Positions 1 through 13,166 of a stretch of DNA of 64,000 nucleotides are shown here, in pieces. Each line of letters starts with the position of its first letter. The first letter of the stretch is position 1. The stretch covers positions 26,104,001 to 26,168,000 of the forward strand of contig NC_086097.1 of assembly GCF_963921235.1 (NCBI RefSeq). Direction: 5' to 3'. Source of the stretch: Mobula hypostoma (Eukaryota). A program made the position numbers and the translations under genes. Below the pieces are notes generated by a model, which had not been told where the DNA came from, made no database searches, and saw only the letters and a list, made by a program, of their open reading frames with translations.

Positions 1-3000
1 GGGGGCCAGGTTACCGAGCCTCTCTCGTAGTCTGTCCAGGACTGCTGTGGGTTCTCCCTCTTGCCCCCTTGGGGCTGATATGAACTCTCCTGGGACGACC
101 AGGGGCGCGCCGTACACCAACTCGGCCGACGAGGTGTGTAGATCCTCCTTGGGCGCCGTGCGGATTCCGAGCAGGACCCAGGGTAGTTCGTCCACCCAGT
201 TAGGCCCCTCCAGGCGGGCCATGAGAGCCGATTTCAGGTGACGGTGGAAGTGCTCCACCAGTCCGTTCGACTGTGGGTGGTAGGCAGTTGTGTGGTGTAG
301 CTGTGTTCCTAAAAGGCTGGCCATAGCCGACCACAGGCTGGAGGTGAACTGGGCGCCCCTGTCGGAGGTAATGTGGGCCGGTACCCCAAAGCGTGCTACC
401 CAGGTTGCGATCAGTGCTCGGGCGCAGGATTCGGAGGTGGTGTCGCTGAGCGGGACTGCCTCTGGCCATCTGGTGAACCGGTCTATCATAGTTAGGAGGT
501 ACCGAGCTCCTCGTGACACTGGGAGGAGCCCCACGATATCCACATGGATGTGGTCGAACCTCCGGCGGGTGGGTTCGAACTGCTGCGGTGGAGCCTTGGT
601 GTGCCGCTGCAACTTGGCCATTTGGCACTGCATGCACGTTTTGGCCCATTCACTGACCTGTTTACGCAGTCCATGCCACACGAACCTGTTGGAGACCAGC
701 CGGACGGTTGTCCTGATGGAAGGGTGCGCTAAGTTGTGAATGGACTCAAAAACCCGCCGGCGTCAGGCTGCTGGGACGACGGGGCGGGGTTGGCTGGTAG
801 CTACGTCACATAGTAGGGTCCTCTCACCTGGGCCTACGGGGAGGTCTTGGAGCTGCAGACCGGAGACTGCAGTCCTGTAACTGGGGATCTCAGCGCCTGC
901 CTGCTGTGCCTCTGCCAGCGCTGCATAGTCCACCCCCGGGACAGGGCCTGTATGGTAGGTCTGGAAAGTGCGTCCGCCACGACGTTGTTCTTTCCAGAGA
1001 CATGCCGGATGTCCGTCGTGTACTCGGAGATGTAGGACAGATGTCGCTGCTGGCGGGACGACCAGGGATCGGACACCTTAGTGAACGCAAAGGTAAGCGG
1101 TTTGTGGTCGTGAACGCGGTGAAGGGCCTACCTTCTAAGAAGTACCTGAATTGCCGGATTGCCAGGTATAGTGCCAATAGCTCCCGGTCGAAAGCACTGT
1201 ATTTGAGTTCGGGTGGTCGTAGGTGTTTGCTGAAGAACGCCAGGGGTTGCCAGCGACCCTCGATGAGTTGTTCCAGCATTCCACCGACCGCTGTGTTAGA
1301 TGCGTCCACCGTGAGGGCAGTAGGAACGTCCGTTCTGGGGTGCACTACCCATCACGGCGTTTGCCAAGGCTTCTTTGGTTTTAACGAAAGCGGTTGCGGC
1401 CTCTTCGTCCCAGGTAATGTCCTTGCACTTACCCGACATCAGGGTGAACAGAGGGCGCATGGTTCGGGCTGCTGAGGGGAGGAAACGGTGGTAAAAGTTC
1501 ACCATACCCACGAATTCCTGCAAGCCTTTGATTGTGTTGGGTCAGGGGAAGTGGCGGACCGCGTCTACCTTGGCGGGCAGCGGGGTTGCCCCGTCTTTAG
1601 TAATCCTGTGGCCCAGGAAGTCGATGGTGTCGAGTCCGAACTGGCATTTGGCTGGATTGATTGTAAGGCCGAATTCACTCAGGCGGGAGTAGAGCTGGCG
1701 GAGGTGGGACAGATGCTCCTGCCAACTACTGCTGGCTATGAGGATGTCGTCCAAATAGATGAATGCAAAGTCCAGGTCGCGTCCCACCGCGTCCATTAGC
1801 CGCTGGAAAGTCTGTGCGGCATTCTTTAGACCAAACGGCATTCGGAGGAATTCGAAAAGTCCGAACGGGGTGATAAGTGCTGTCGTCCGGATGTACAGGG
1901 ATTTGATGGTATCCCCGGACGAGGTCTACCTTGGAAAAGATTCTTGCCCCGTGTAGGTTTGCTGCGAAGTCTTGAATGTGCGGCACAGGGTAGCGGTCTG
2001 GCGTTGTAGCCTCGTTCAGTCTGCGGTAGTCACCACATGGTCTCCAGCCCCCCGTTGCCTTGGGCACCATGTGAAGGGGGGAGGCCCATGGGCTGTCGGA
2101 CCGTCGTATGATCCCTAATTCCTCCATCTTCTTGAACTCCTCCTTCGCCAGTCGGGGCTTGTCCGGGGGAAGCCTTCAAGCACGGGCGTGGAGGGGTGGT
2201 CCCTGGGTCGGGATGTGGTGCTGTACTCCGTGTCTGGGCACGGCTGCCATGAACTGCGGTGTCAGTACTGATGGGAAATCCGCCAGGACCCTGGTGAATT
2301 CATCGTCGGACAGCGTGATGGAGTCCAGGTGTGGGGCTGGCAACTGTGCTTCACCCAGGGAGAACGTTTGAAAAGTCTTGGCGTGGACTAATCGCTTCCC
2401 TTGCAAGTCGACCAGCAGGCTGTGGGCTCGTAGAAAATCTGGCCCCAGCAGTGGTTGGGCCACGGCGGCCAGTGTGAAGTCCCACGTGAACCGGCTGGAG
2501 CTGAACTGTAGCCGCACCGTGCGGGTGCCGTAGGTTCGTATTGTGCTGCCATTAGCGGCCCTCAGGGTGGGTCCCGGTTCTCTGTTGCGGGTGTCGTAAC
2601 TCGTTGGAGGTAAGACGCTGATCTCCGCTCCAGTGTCAACCAAAAAGCGGCGTCCCGACTGCTTGTCCCAGACATACAGGAGGCTGTCCTGATGGCCAGC
2701 CGCCGTAGCCATCAGCGGCGGCTGGGCCCTGGCGTTTCCCGGGAATTTGCAGGGCGGTCTGCAGCGGCGGGCCTCTATGCCCCACTGCTGGTGGTAGAAA
2801 CACCTTGTTCGTTGGGCTCCTCACTCTCGTCGCCGGGTTTTGTAGGCTCTGCTGCCGGGCCTGGTCTGGTCTGTCGTTGGGCACGCGGTTTGGTGATCTG
2901 TGCGACGGATGCCCCTCTCTCTTTCCTGGCATTCCACAGTACATCTGCTCGGGCCGCCACCTCCCGGGGGTTGCTGAAATCTGCGTCGGACAGCAGCAGG

Positions 3001-3440
3001 TATATGTCCTCGGGCAGTTGCTCTAGGAACGCCTGCTCAAACATGAGGCAGGGTTTGTGCCCTTCAGCCAGGGCCAGCATCTTGTTCATTAATGCTGACG
3101 GCGGCCTGTCTCCCAAACCATCCAGGTGCATTAAGCGGTGTGCTCGTTCGCGCCGTGAGAGTCCAAAAGTCCTTATGAGCAGGGCTTTGAATGCTGTGTA
3201 TTTGCCGTCCTCCGGGGGCAACTGTATAAACTCCTCAACTTGTGCAGCAGTCTCCTGGTCGAGGGAGCTCAGCACGTAGTAGTAGCGAGTGGACTCCGAG
3301 GTTATCTGCCGAATGTGGAATTGTGCTTCTGCTTGTTCGAACCATAATTGGGGTTGCAGCGTCCAGAAGCTTGGCAGTTTTAACGAAACTGCGTGAACAG
3401 ATGCAGCGTCGGTCATCTCTGGTCCAAATATCGTTTGGGC

Positions 3441-3454
3441 CGTCGGGGTCACCA
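3441..3454 (-). promoter_or_regulatory. Primer binding site, tRNA-Trp type
   Basis: TGGTGACCCCGACG, 2 nt after the LTR end, is complementary to the 3' end of vertebrate tRNA-Trp (...CGUCGGGGUCACCA). Confidence 0.85.
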
Positions 3455-3456
3455 AT

Positions 3457-3741
3457 TGTAGCGATGTGCTACACACAGCGCTAGAATAACCACACGGAGT
3501 CGGTGAGTTAGAGTTGCGATGAAAGAGATTTATTCAAACTTCGCGGCCCGCTTTAAAGCCTTCCCCTTCCCGCCCTCCCTGGGCGGGACTACTGTGGGGA
3601 ATGTATATTCCCAGACCCTTTCTGCGCGCGGGATTTTCCCCCTGCTGGTGAAGATGGCTTGGCGCCCTTTTTGGTGCCGGCCCCCTGCCTGCGCGCGCTG
3701 TTGTGAGCCGGTTCGTGTGTGCCAGAAAGTGGGTCGCCACA
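3457..3741 (-). repeat. 5' LTR (285 bp) of the Gypsy element
   Basis: On the minus strand it starts TGTGGCGA and ends TCGCTACA (TG...CA with an imperfect terminal inverted repeat), and is followed immediately by a primer binding site. Confidence 0.9.
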
Positions 3742-5404
3742 GGCCCCCTGGTAGCAGCAGAGATACAGAGGAGCAGATTTGGAGGCAGATTTTGGAAAGG
3801 TGCAAAAATAACAGGGTTGTTATCATGGGTGACTTTAACTTCTCTAATATTGATTGGCACCTGATTAGTTCCAAGGGTTTAGATGGGGCAGAGTTTGTTA
3901 AGTGTGTCCAGGACGGATTCTTGTCACAGTATGTGGACAGGTCAACTAGAGGGAGAATGCCATACTAAATCTAGTACTAGGTAATGAACGGGGTCAGGTC
4001 ACAGATCTCTCAGTGGGTGAGCATCTGGGGGACAGTGACCACCGCTCCCTGGCCTTTAGCATTATCATGGAAAAGGACAGAATCAGAGAGGACAGGAAAA
4101 TCTTTAATTGGGGAAGGACAAATTATGAGGCTATAAGGCTAGAACTTGCAGGTGTGAATTGGGATGATGTTTTTGCAGGGAAATGTACTATGGACATGTG
4201 GTCGATGTTTAGAGATCTCTTGTAGGATGTTAGGGATAAATTTGTCCCGGTGAGGAAGATAAAGAATGGTAGGGTGAAGGAACCATGGGTGACAAGTGAG
4301 GTGGAAAATCTAGTCAGGTGGAAGAAGGCAGCATACATGAGGTTTAGGAAGCAGGGATCAGATGGGTCTATTGAGGAATATAGGGAAGCAAGAAAGAAGC
4401 TTAAGAAGGGGCTGAGAAAAGCAAGAAGGGGGCATGAGAAGGACTTGGCGAGTAGGGTAAAAGAAAACCCCAAGGCATTCTTCAATTATGTGAAGAAAAA
4501 AAGGAGTGAAGGTAGGACCAATTAGAGATAAAGGTGGGAAGATGTGCCTGGAGACTGAGGAAGTGAGCAAGGTCCTCAATGATACTTCTCTTCGGTATTC
4601 ACCAATGAGAGGGAACTTGATGATGGTGAGGACAATATGAGCAAGGTTGATGTTCTGGAGCATGTTGATATTAAGGGAGAGGAGGTGTTGGAGTTGTTAA
4701 AATACATTAGGACAGGTAAGTCCCCGGGGCCTGACGGAATATTCCCCAGGCTGCTCCACGAGGCGAGGGAAGAGACTGCTGAACCTCTGGCTAGGATCTT
4801 TATGTCCTCGTTGTTCACGGGAATGGTACCGGAGGATTGGAGGGAGGCAAATGTTGTCCCCTTGTTCAAAAAAGGTAGTAGGGATAGTCTGGGTAATTAT
4901 AGACCAGTAAGCCTTGCGTCTGTGGTGGGAAAGCTGTTGGAAAAGATTCTTAGAGATAGGATCTATAGGCATTTAGAGAATCATGGTCTGATCAGGGACA
5001 GTCAGCATGGCTTTGTGAAGGGCAGATCATGTCGAATAAGCCTGATAGAGTTCTTTGAGGAGGTGACCAGGCATATAGATGAGGGAAGTGCAGTGGATGT
5101 GATCTATATGGATTTTAGTAAGGCATTTGACAAGGTTCCACACGGTAGGCTTATTCAGAAAGTCAGAAGGCATGGGATCCAGGGAAGTTTGGCCACGTGG
5201 ATTCAGAATTGGCTTGCCTGCAGAAGGCAGAGGGTCATGATGGAGGGAGTACATTCAGATTGGAGGATTGTGACTAGTGGTGTCCCACAAGGATCTGTTC
5301 TAGGACCTCTACTTTTCGTGACTTTTATTAACGACCTGGATGTTGGGGTAGCAGGGTGGGTTGGCAAGTTAGCAGACGACACAAAGGTTGGTGGTGTTGT
5401 AGAT

Positions 5405-6581
5405 CAGCGGTCCCCAACCACCGGGCCGCGGACCGGTGCCAGGCCGCAAAGCATGCGCTACCGGGCAAGGAAACAATATGATTTGGCGATAGGAGTCAGC
5501 TGCACCTTTCCTCATTCCCTGTCACGCCCACTGTTGAGCTTGAATGCATGCGAGGTCATTACGCATGCGTCATTCATGTCAGCGTGGGGAGGAGATCAAC
5601 TCCTCGAGCTTGCAAATGATGGCGGGCTGAAAAGCATATTTGACATAACATCTCTGCCGGCATTCTGGATCAAAGTCAAGGCTAAATATCCTGAGATAGC
5701 CATGAAAGCACTGAAAACATTGCTTCCATTTCCAACATATCTCTGCAACGAATGCAATGAAAACTAAATTGCGGAATAGACTGGACATAAGGAACCTCCT
5801 TCGAGTATCGCTGTCTCCCATCACCCCTCGATAGGACCGTCTTGTTGCAGGAAAACAAGCCCAGGGCTCCCACTGGTTCAGTGATATTGGTGTGTTGCAA
5901 CGATATTATATGTTCATACAGGGAAAATATGTTCTGTGTGTTTAAAATCCAAATGTTACTTAAAATGTTATGATGCTATTGACTTATATAACCATATAAC
6001 AATTACAGCACGGAAACAGGCCATCTCGGCCCTTCTAGTCCGTGCCGAACGCTACTCTCACCTAGTCCCACCGACCTGCACTCAGCCCATAACTCTCCAT
6101 TCCTTTCCTCTGTATATACCTATCCAATTTTTCTTTAAATGATAATATCAAACCTGCCTCTACCACTTCTACTGGAAGTTCGTTCAACACTTACTTCCAT
6201 CTCCCCTGATAATTGACTTATCGCTATATTCATGCGAGGAAAATATGCGCTATAGGTTTAATATTAAATTCGTTAGATAAACCCTTTTAGAAACGAAATT
6301 GAGTGTATTAGCCACTTATCACCTATATTGCATTCGTGATTAACACCCCCCTCGAACAGAATCGCCAAAAACGAATTGTAGAAAAAAATGGGCACATATA
6401 TCACGCATGCGCACTGGTACCTGCGCAAGGCTTCATGGCCATTGTAATCTTTCTCGGGGTAAACCCAATGTATTTGACTGCTACTCTTGTTCGTTGTCAA
6501 CCCTACCACCCCCACCCCTGCCCACAAGAATATTGTCAATATAAAACCGGTCCGCAGTGCGAAAAAGGTTGGGGACCCCTG
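5405..6581 (+). mobile_element. Non-autonomous hAT (Charlie-like) DNA transposon with C-terminal transposase remnant
   Basis: TIRs CAGCGGTCCCCAACC / GGTTGGGGACCCCTG. Perfect 8-bp TSD TTGTAGAT (5397-5404, 6582-6589). Remnant FWIKVKAKYPEIAMKALKTLLPFPTYLC...KLRNRLD...KQAQGSH resembles the hAT dimerisation region. Confidence 0.93.
5988..6211 (-). mobile_element. Short CR1-like 3' end fragment inside the hAT element
   Basis: Reverse-complement CR1-type 3' UTR (ggccatctcggccc, tccattcctttcc), flanked by the 10-bp direct repeat ATTGACTTAT (5978-5987, 6212-6221). Confidence 0.7.
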
Positions 6582-7446
6582 TTGTAGATAGTGTAGAGGA
6601 TTGTCAAAGATTGCAGAGAGACATTGATAGGATGCAGAAGTGGGCTGAGAAGTGGCAGATGGAGTTCAACCCACAGAAGTGTGAGGTAGTACACTTTGGA
6701 AGGACAAACTCCAAGGCAGAGTACAAAGTAAATGGCAGGATACTTGGTAGTGTGGAGGAGCAGAGGGACCTAGGGGTACATGTCCACAGATCCCCGAAAG
6801 TTGCCTCACAGGTGGATAGGGTAGTTAAGAAAGCTTATGGGGTGTTAGCTCTCATAAGTCAAGGGATAGAGTTTAAGAGTCGCGATGTAATGATGCAGCT
6901 CTATAAAACTCTGGTTAGGCCACACTTGGAGTACTGTGTCCAGTTCTGGTCGCCTCACTATAGGAAGGATATGGAAGCATTGGAAAGGGTACAGAGGAGG
7001 TTTACCAGGATGCTGCCTGGTTTAGAGAGTATGCATTATGATCAGAGATTAAGGGAGCTAGGGCTTTACTCTTTGGAGAGAAGGAGGATGAGAGGAGACA
7101 TGATAGAGGTTTACAAGATAATAAGAGGGCTAGATAGAGTGGACAGCCAGCGCCTCTTCCCCAGGGCACTACTGCTCAATACAAGAGGACATGGCTTTAA
7201 GGTAAGGGGTGGGAAGTTCAAGGGGGATATTAGAGGAAGGTTTTTTACTCAGAGAGTGGTTGGTGCATGGAATGCACTGCCTGAGTCAGTGGTGGAGGCA
7301 GATACACTAGTGAAGTTTAAGAGACTACTAGACAGGTATATGGAGGAATTTAAGGTGGGGGCTTATATGGGAGGCAGGGTTTGAGGGTCGGCACAACATT
7401 GTGGGCCAAAGGGCCTGTACTGTGCTGTGCTATTCTATGTTCTATA

Positions 7447-10400
7447 TTCCATAAACTCTTGATACTCCTACTACTGAAAAGGAAATTCAGAAAGCTATTC
7501 TTTCAACGCAATTTGGTAAAGCTCCTGGATTGGATGGTTTTTCTGTAGGATTTTATAAAAAATTTAAAGAATTGCTTTCTCTATATATGTTGGAAATGCT
7601 TAAAGATTCTTTTTTGTTAGGAGAGTTACCTCCCACGTTTTATGAAGCTTCTAATTCTTTAATTGTTAAGAAAGATAAAGACCCTACTGATTGTACTTCA
7701 TATAGACCTATTTCACTATTAAATGTGGATGCTAAAATTCTTTCAAAAATAATGGCTAATCGACTGGAGAATATTCTAGCTAAAATTATCTCTCAGGACC
7801 AAACAGGTTTTATAAAAGGCCGCTATTCCTTCTCTAATACTCGGAGACTGTTAAATGTTATATACTCATCCCTTTCTAAGACTCCTCAATGTGTTGTTTC
7901 TCTTGATGCTGAAAAGGCATTTGATAGAGTTGAATGGAAATACTTATTTAACGTCTTAGAGAAATTCAACATTGGCACTAATTTTAATAAGCGGATTAGA
8001 ATGATATATAAAAGCCCTATTGCCACTGTTGTTACGTACTAATAATTGCAGATCTTTTTTTCAACTTTCGCGGGGTACGAGACAAGGATGTCTGTTAAGT
8101 CCCCTGTCATTTAATTTGATGTTGGAACCTTTGGCTATTGCACTTCATGAAGCTAAAGATATTCAAGGAATTTCCATAAATGGGACTATTCATAAGATCT
8201 CCCTTTATGCTGATGATCTTTTAGTTTATGTTTCAAATCCTGAAGAATCCATTCCTAGTTTATTGAAATTATTAAATGAATTTGGTAAGTTTTCGGGATA
8301 TAAATAAAACCTTAATAAAAGTGAATTATTTCCTTTAAATGATTCTGCTTCTATATATCACAGAGGTAGAGGGGATGCACCTCATCACCTCGTCCGCATG
8401 GAGAGAACCGATGACGACGATGTCTGCACAAGGTGGAGTAGGGCTGATGTTGAACTGCAAAACGAAGAAGGCACTGAGGGGCAAAGTCTCAGTCAGTGAC
8501 AGAATCCTTACTGCGGAATTAGACGGAAACCCGGCGACCTCTGTCATCATCTGTTACTCCCCACACAACTGCAGCAAGGAGAAGGAGGTGGAGGCCTTCT
8601 ACAGTAAACTTCACGAAGCTGTCACTTCAATACCGGCACACAACTTCCTGGCTGTGCTCGGTGATTTTAATGCCCAGGTCAGACTGGAAGATGTTCCATA
8701 CTCGTACCAAGACTTTACCAACAGAAATGGACAATATCTAGTTGATTTCATCCAGGAACACAGTCTCATTGCCGCCAACGCACAATTCAAGCAGCGAACT
8801 GGTAAACTGTGGACATCCGAAAACAGAGCCTCCATCTACAGGAAACAGCTCAATTACATCCTCGTAAGAACAAAATGGCGTAATTGTGTGATCAACACAG
8901 AAGCCTACAGCACCTTCAACTCGGTCATTTCTGACCACAGAGTAGTGTCAATGCAAGTGAGACTGAGCCTGCGGCAACACAAAGCCACAGGTCCCAAGGA
9001 GAAGGTAGACTGGAAGGCATTCTCCTTACAACCTATTCTTCAAGCCCAATACACAGTGGATGTGAGAAATCGCTTCGGCCCACTGGAAAGGGGGGAGGAA
9101 GAGACTGCCACCGACCGCTATCAATGGCTCATAGACGCACACAAAGATGCAACAAAGAGTTTGCCTACTGTGAAGTGAATCAAGAAGAGTTGGATCTCGA
9201 AACATCCTGACGTCGTCACAGCAAGAAGTGTGGTCAATGCTTGTCATGCCGAACTTCGAAGGAGTGAAACAGAAGAGCTAAGAGACAAGTTCAAGACAGC
9301 AAAGAATCTCTTTGCCACCTATGACCGACTGAAGGAAGAGGAACTGGTTGAGAGGATTAGAGAGATAGAGGCTGCTAATGAAGACATGCAGCATGGAGAA
9401 GCATGGCGCCTAGTCAATGAGATCAGAAGACGGAAGAAGTCCCCATCAGGTCAAATAAGTGGTAAAACAGCAGAGGATCATGTCCAGACATGGTTTACCC
9501 ACTTTAAGAACCTGCTGGGAAGCCCTCCAACGATCACAGAAGAAGAGGAGGACATACCCACGATACTAACGCAAGTCGACATCGATGACGGCCCATTCAC
9601 CATTGAGGAACTGAAGAAAGCCAAATATGCACTCAAACAGGGCAGGAGCACTGGACCAGATGGGATACCACCAGATGTCCTGAAGAACTGCAACCTGGAC
9701 GACATCTTGCTGGACATATGTAATATGGCACTGATAAAAGGCGACAAACCAGGACAGTGGTCACTCTCAAACATTATCCCAGTCCCCAAGTCTGGATCCC
9801 TCACGACGACAGATAACTGCAGCGGCATCAGATTGACCTGCATCTTAGCAAAGTTATACAATCGGATGATCTTGAACAGGATTCGCACCACCATTGACCC
9901 TAAGCTAAGATTCAATTAGAATGGTTTTTGGCAGAAGCGCACAACAGTTATTCAAATACTTGCTCTCCATAGGATCGTCGAGGAAGTCAAGAAGAACAAC
10001 CTACCAGCCGTGCTTACTTACATCGATTTTCGCAAAGCTTTCGACTCCATTCACCAAGGTAAAATGCTGAAGATCCCGAAAGCTTACGGAGTGCCAGACC
10101 ATCTACTGAGAGCAATAGAGTCCAGCTATACCAAAACGATGGCGAAAGTTGTATCACCAGACGGAGAAACAGCAGGTTCGAGCTCCGAGCTGGTGTGCTG
10201 CAAGGAGACACTCTGGCACCCTACATCTTTATAATCGTCCTTGATTACTCTCTGCGACAAGCTACCAAAGATCATGACAAGCTTGGTTTTACCATAAAAC
10301 CAGGATGAACCAAAAGAGTCACACCAGTTACGCTCACAGATCTCGATTTTGCAGGTGACATAGTCCTGCTTTCTGACCAGATGGAGGAAACACAGCAGCT

Positions 10401-12935
10401 ACTGACAAAAGTGGAAATTGAGTGCAATAAAGTTGAACTTCACCTGAACGCTAAAAAGACAGAGTACATGGTGTTTAACTGTGACGAAGGTACTCTCAAT
10501 GCCGTAAAGAATGATACCATTAAGAAAGTCTTTGACTACAAGTACCTAGGGTCAAGAATGATGAGTTCGGAGAAGGACATAAAGATATGGAAGGCACTGG
10601 CGTGGAGGGCTATGAACGACATGAAGGAAATCTGGAAGTCGAACCTGACCAGAGGGCTTAAAAAGAGGATTTTCCTAGCAATCAGAGAGTCCATTCTCAC
10701 GTACGGATGTGAGACATGGACACTCACCAAAACTATGCGAAAGTCTCTAGATGGTTGCTATACATGAATGCTCCGGATTGCTCTTGATGTCAGTTGGCAA
10801 CAGCACATGACGAACGTCGAGCTCTATAACGACCTACCGATGCTCACCACTAAAATCGAGGAGAGAAGACTGCAACTAGCAGGGCACTGTCTATGCCACC
10901 CCAAGCTACCTGCCAGCCTAGTCATCATATGGGAGCCCAAGCACGGGAGGATGAACCCTGGGCACCCTCCCAAGACTATGGTCAACATGCTCCTAGAAGA
11001 CAGCGGCGCAGCTAATGTAGATGAACTGAACACACTGATGAGGGAGAGGGAGAAGTGGAGAGTCCGTCATCGTGCCCGACGCCAGCCCCCTAGGCCTGAG
11101 TCGACATAGTAGTAGTAGTTCTATATATGATGATATTCCTTTTAATGTTACAGACTCTTTCAAATATTTAGGTATTATCATCACTAAAAATTATGGAGAC
11201 CTTTGTAGAGCTAATTTGGTTCCCTTAGTGGATTTTATGAAGCAAATATTTTGTAGATAGAATCCACTTACACTTTCGTTAGCTGGCCGAATTCATGCAG
11301 TTAAAATGATGATCTCACCAAAATTTTTTTTGTAAGTATTTCAAAATACTCCTATTTTTTTAACTAAGAAGTTTTTTTGATCAGGTTGATTCTATTATTT
11401 CATCTTTTGTTTGGAATAATAAGAGATCAAGAATTGGAAAATATCATTTACGAAAATCAAAAAAAGATGGAGGTCTTGCTTTGCATATTTTAAGAATGTA
11501 TTATTGTGCAGTTAATATACGTCATGTGTGTTCTTGGTTATATTGGACTGATAAAAATGAAAGACCACCTTGGGTTGATTTGGAACTGAAAGCTATGAAA
11601 CAATTTTACTTAATTTCGTTATTAGGAGCCTCTTTACCTTCACAATTAGCCAAAATTTCTATTCTAAATTTATATCCATGATTAAGCAGCTATTACAAAT
11701 TTGGTACCATTTTCGTAATTTTTTTAATCTTAAAAAATTTAACCTTTTTAGTTTAATTTATGAAACTATTTATTTAAACCTTCACTTAGTGATCCTACCT
11801 TTTTTCTTTGGTTTATTCCTTCATGGATCTGTTTCAAGAAGGTCGATTGATGTCTTTTGAGAAATTAGTAACTAAATATTCTCTCTCGCACTCACGTTTC
11901 TTGCAATATCTTCAGGTCAGACATTTCTTACAAGAATATTTTAAGTAATTTTCCATATATACAAGATTCTGACCTGTTAGACATTATTTTAAAAATGAAT
12001 CCTTTAGTGAAAGGTTTTAAATGGGAAAATTTATAATTTACTATTACAACAGTATAATTATCCTTTACTTAAGATTAAGCAAGACTGGAAAAGAGCACTT
12101 AATATGACCTTGATATCAGAGGATTGGTTGCGAATTTTGAAGTTGCTTAACTCTTCTTCGATTTGTGCCAGTCACTCTCTAATTCAATTTAAAATTGTAC
12201 ATCGTTACTATTTGACAAAGGAGAGACTGTCTATAATATTTCCTAATGTTGATAGTCAGTGTGATAGATGTAAAACTGAGATGGCTACACTGACACATAT
12301 GTTTTGGTCATGTTCTGTATTGAAACAGTTTTGGAAATCTATTTTCTCTCTAATTTCTAAAGCTTTAAAAATTAATTTACAACCTAATAAATTGACAGTA
12401 TTGTTCAGTATAATTCCTCAATATATTCACAGTATTTCTATATCAGACCAACATGTAATTGCATTTGTCACATTATTGGCCAGAAGGTCTATTTTATTGA
12501 AATGGAAAGATGCCTCTGCTCCCACTTTGATACAATGGTTCTCTCAGGTGATGTTATGTCTTAGTTTGGAGAAAATTAGAAGTCGAACTTTGATCCTCGA
12601 TTTGACTTTGAGAAAAGGTGGGGTTCTTTTGCCCGCTACTACCATTTGATTTGAGTTAATTAAGGTGCTCCCCTTCTGATTCTTGTGTAATTGGTTTTGG
12701 TTGGCGGATTGATGTTTTTCTTTTATGGAAGCTTGTATGGTGTATAGCTCCGGGGCTGTGCTCCCAGTGGGTCTTTTTTTCCCTAGGTTTTTTTTTGGTT
12801 AGTAGGGATTTTTTGTTTTAATTAGTAGGGGTTCTTTTTTCCTTCTTTTTTTCCAAAAAATAATAGTTTTAACATTTTGTCTTTTCTTATTATTGGTATG
12901 CTGTATTTGCTACTTTAATGTATTTTTGTTGATTT
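7447..12935 (+). mobile_element. L1-clade LINE, ORF2 RT plus C-terminal zinc knuckle and 3' UTR, degenerate, interrupted by RTEX
   Basis: KAPGLDGF, SYRPISLLNVDAKILSK, SLDAEKAFDRVEW, RGTRQGCLLSP, SLYADDLL, FKYLGI and CDRCKTEMATLTHMFWSC. AT-rich coding sequence and T-rich 3' UTR. The right boundary is approximate. Confidence 0.92.
8359..11118 (+). mobile_element. 5'-truncated RTE-related LINE (RTEX-like)
   Basis: APE motifs (CYSPHN, VLGDFNA, SDHRVV), RT motifs (TGPDGIPP, YIDFRKAFDSI, YKYLGS, LTYGCETWTLT) and C-terminal LAGHC...IWEPKHGR. (TAG)n tail. Perfect 10-bp TSD TTCTATATAT (8349-8358, 11119-11128). Confidence 0.88.
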
Positions 12936-12942
12936 TCAAGAA

Positions 12943-13065
12943 AGAAGGGTCTCAGCCCAAAATGTCGACTGTTAATTTCTCTCCATAGATGCTGACTGAT
13001 TTGCCGAGTTCCTAAAGCACTTTATGTGTATTGCTCAAGATCTTCAGCATTTGTAGAATCTCGTT
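12943..13065 (+). repeat. Degenerate Penelope terminal-repeat fragment
   Basis: gaagggtctcagcccaaaatgtcgactg...ccatagatgctg...gagttcc matches the Penelope-linked repeat at 59381-60180. Confidence 0.75.
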
Positions 13066-13166
13066 TTCACACTTTTACAAATACCACCCCCCCCCAAAGC
13101 CAAACACCATGCTAACTTTGAAACTAGTAGCAGTTCTTTCATTACTGTGGGCTTAAACCACTATAC

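Larger units (their letters stand above)
1..3741 (-). mobile_element. Ty3/Gypsy LTR retrotransposon (5' LTR, gag, protease, RT, RNase H, integrase; 3' part runs off the window), frameshifted
   Basis: Minus-strand ORFs give gag (VSLKLPSFW...WFEQAEAQF), protease (FLVDTGAEISV), RT ([33 protein letters not shown]) and RNase H (LTVDASNTAVG, YSAFDRELLA, NVVADALSR), with integrase-like sequence further downstream. The reading frame is split by several frameshifts. Confidence 0.95.
3742..7446 (+). mobile_element. CR1-clade LINE, ORF2 (APE endonuclease to RT to 3' tail), interrupted by the Gypsy element at its left edge and by a hAT element
   Basis: Motifs RPPG, IMGDFN, HLGDSDH, KSPGPDGI, NYRPVSL, YMDFSKAFDKVPH, GVPQGSVLGP, ADDTK, LYKTLVRPHLEYCVQFWSP. 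The short 3' UTR ends in (TTCTA/TG)-type repeats. Confidence 0.95.

Noticed and set aside
47..3279. Multiple plus-strand ORFs of 60-195 aa
   Set aside because: Antisense shadows of the GC-rich Gypsy gag-pol region.
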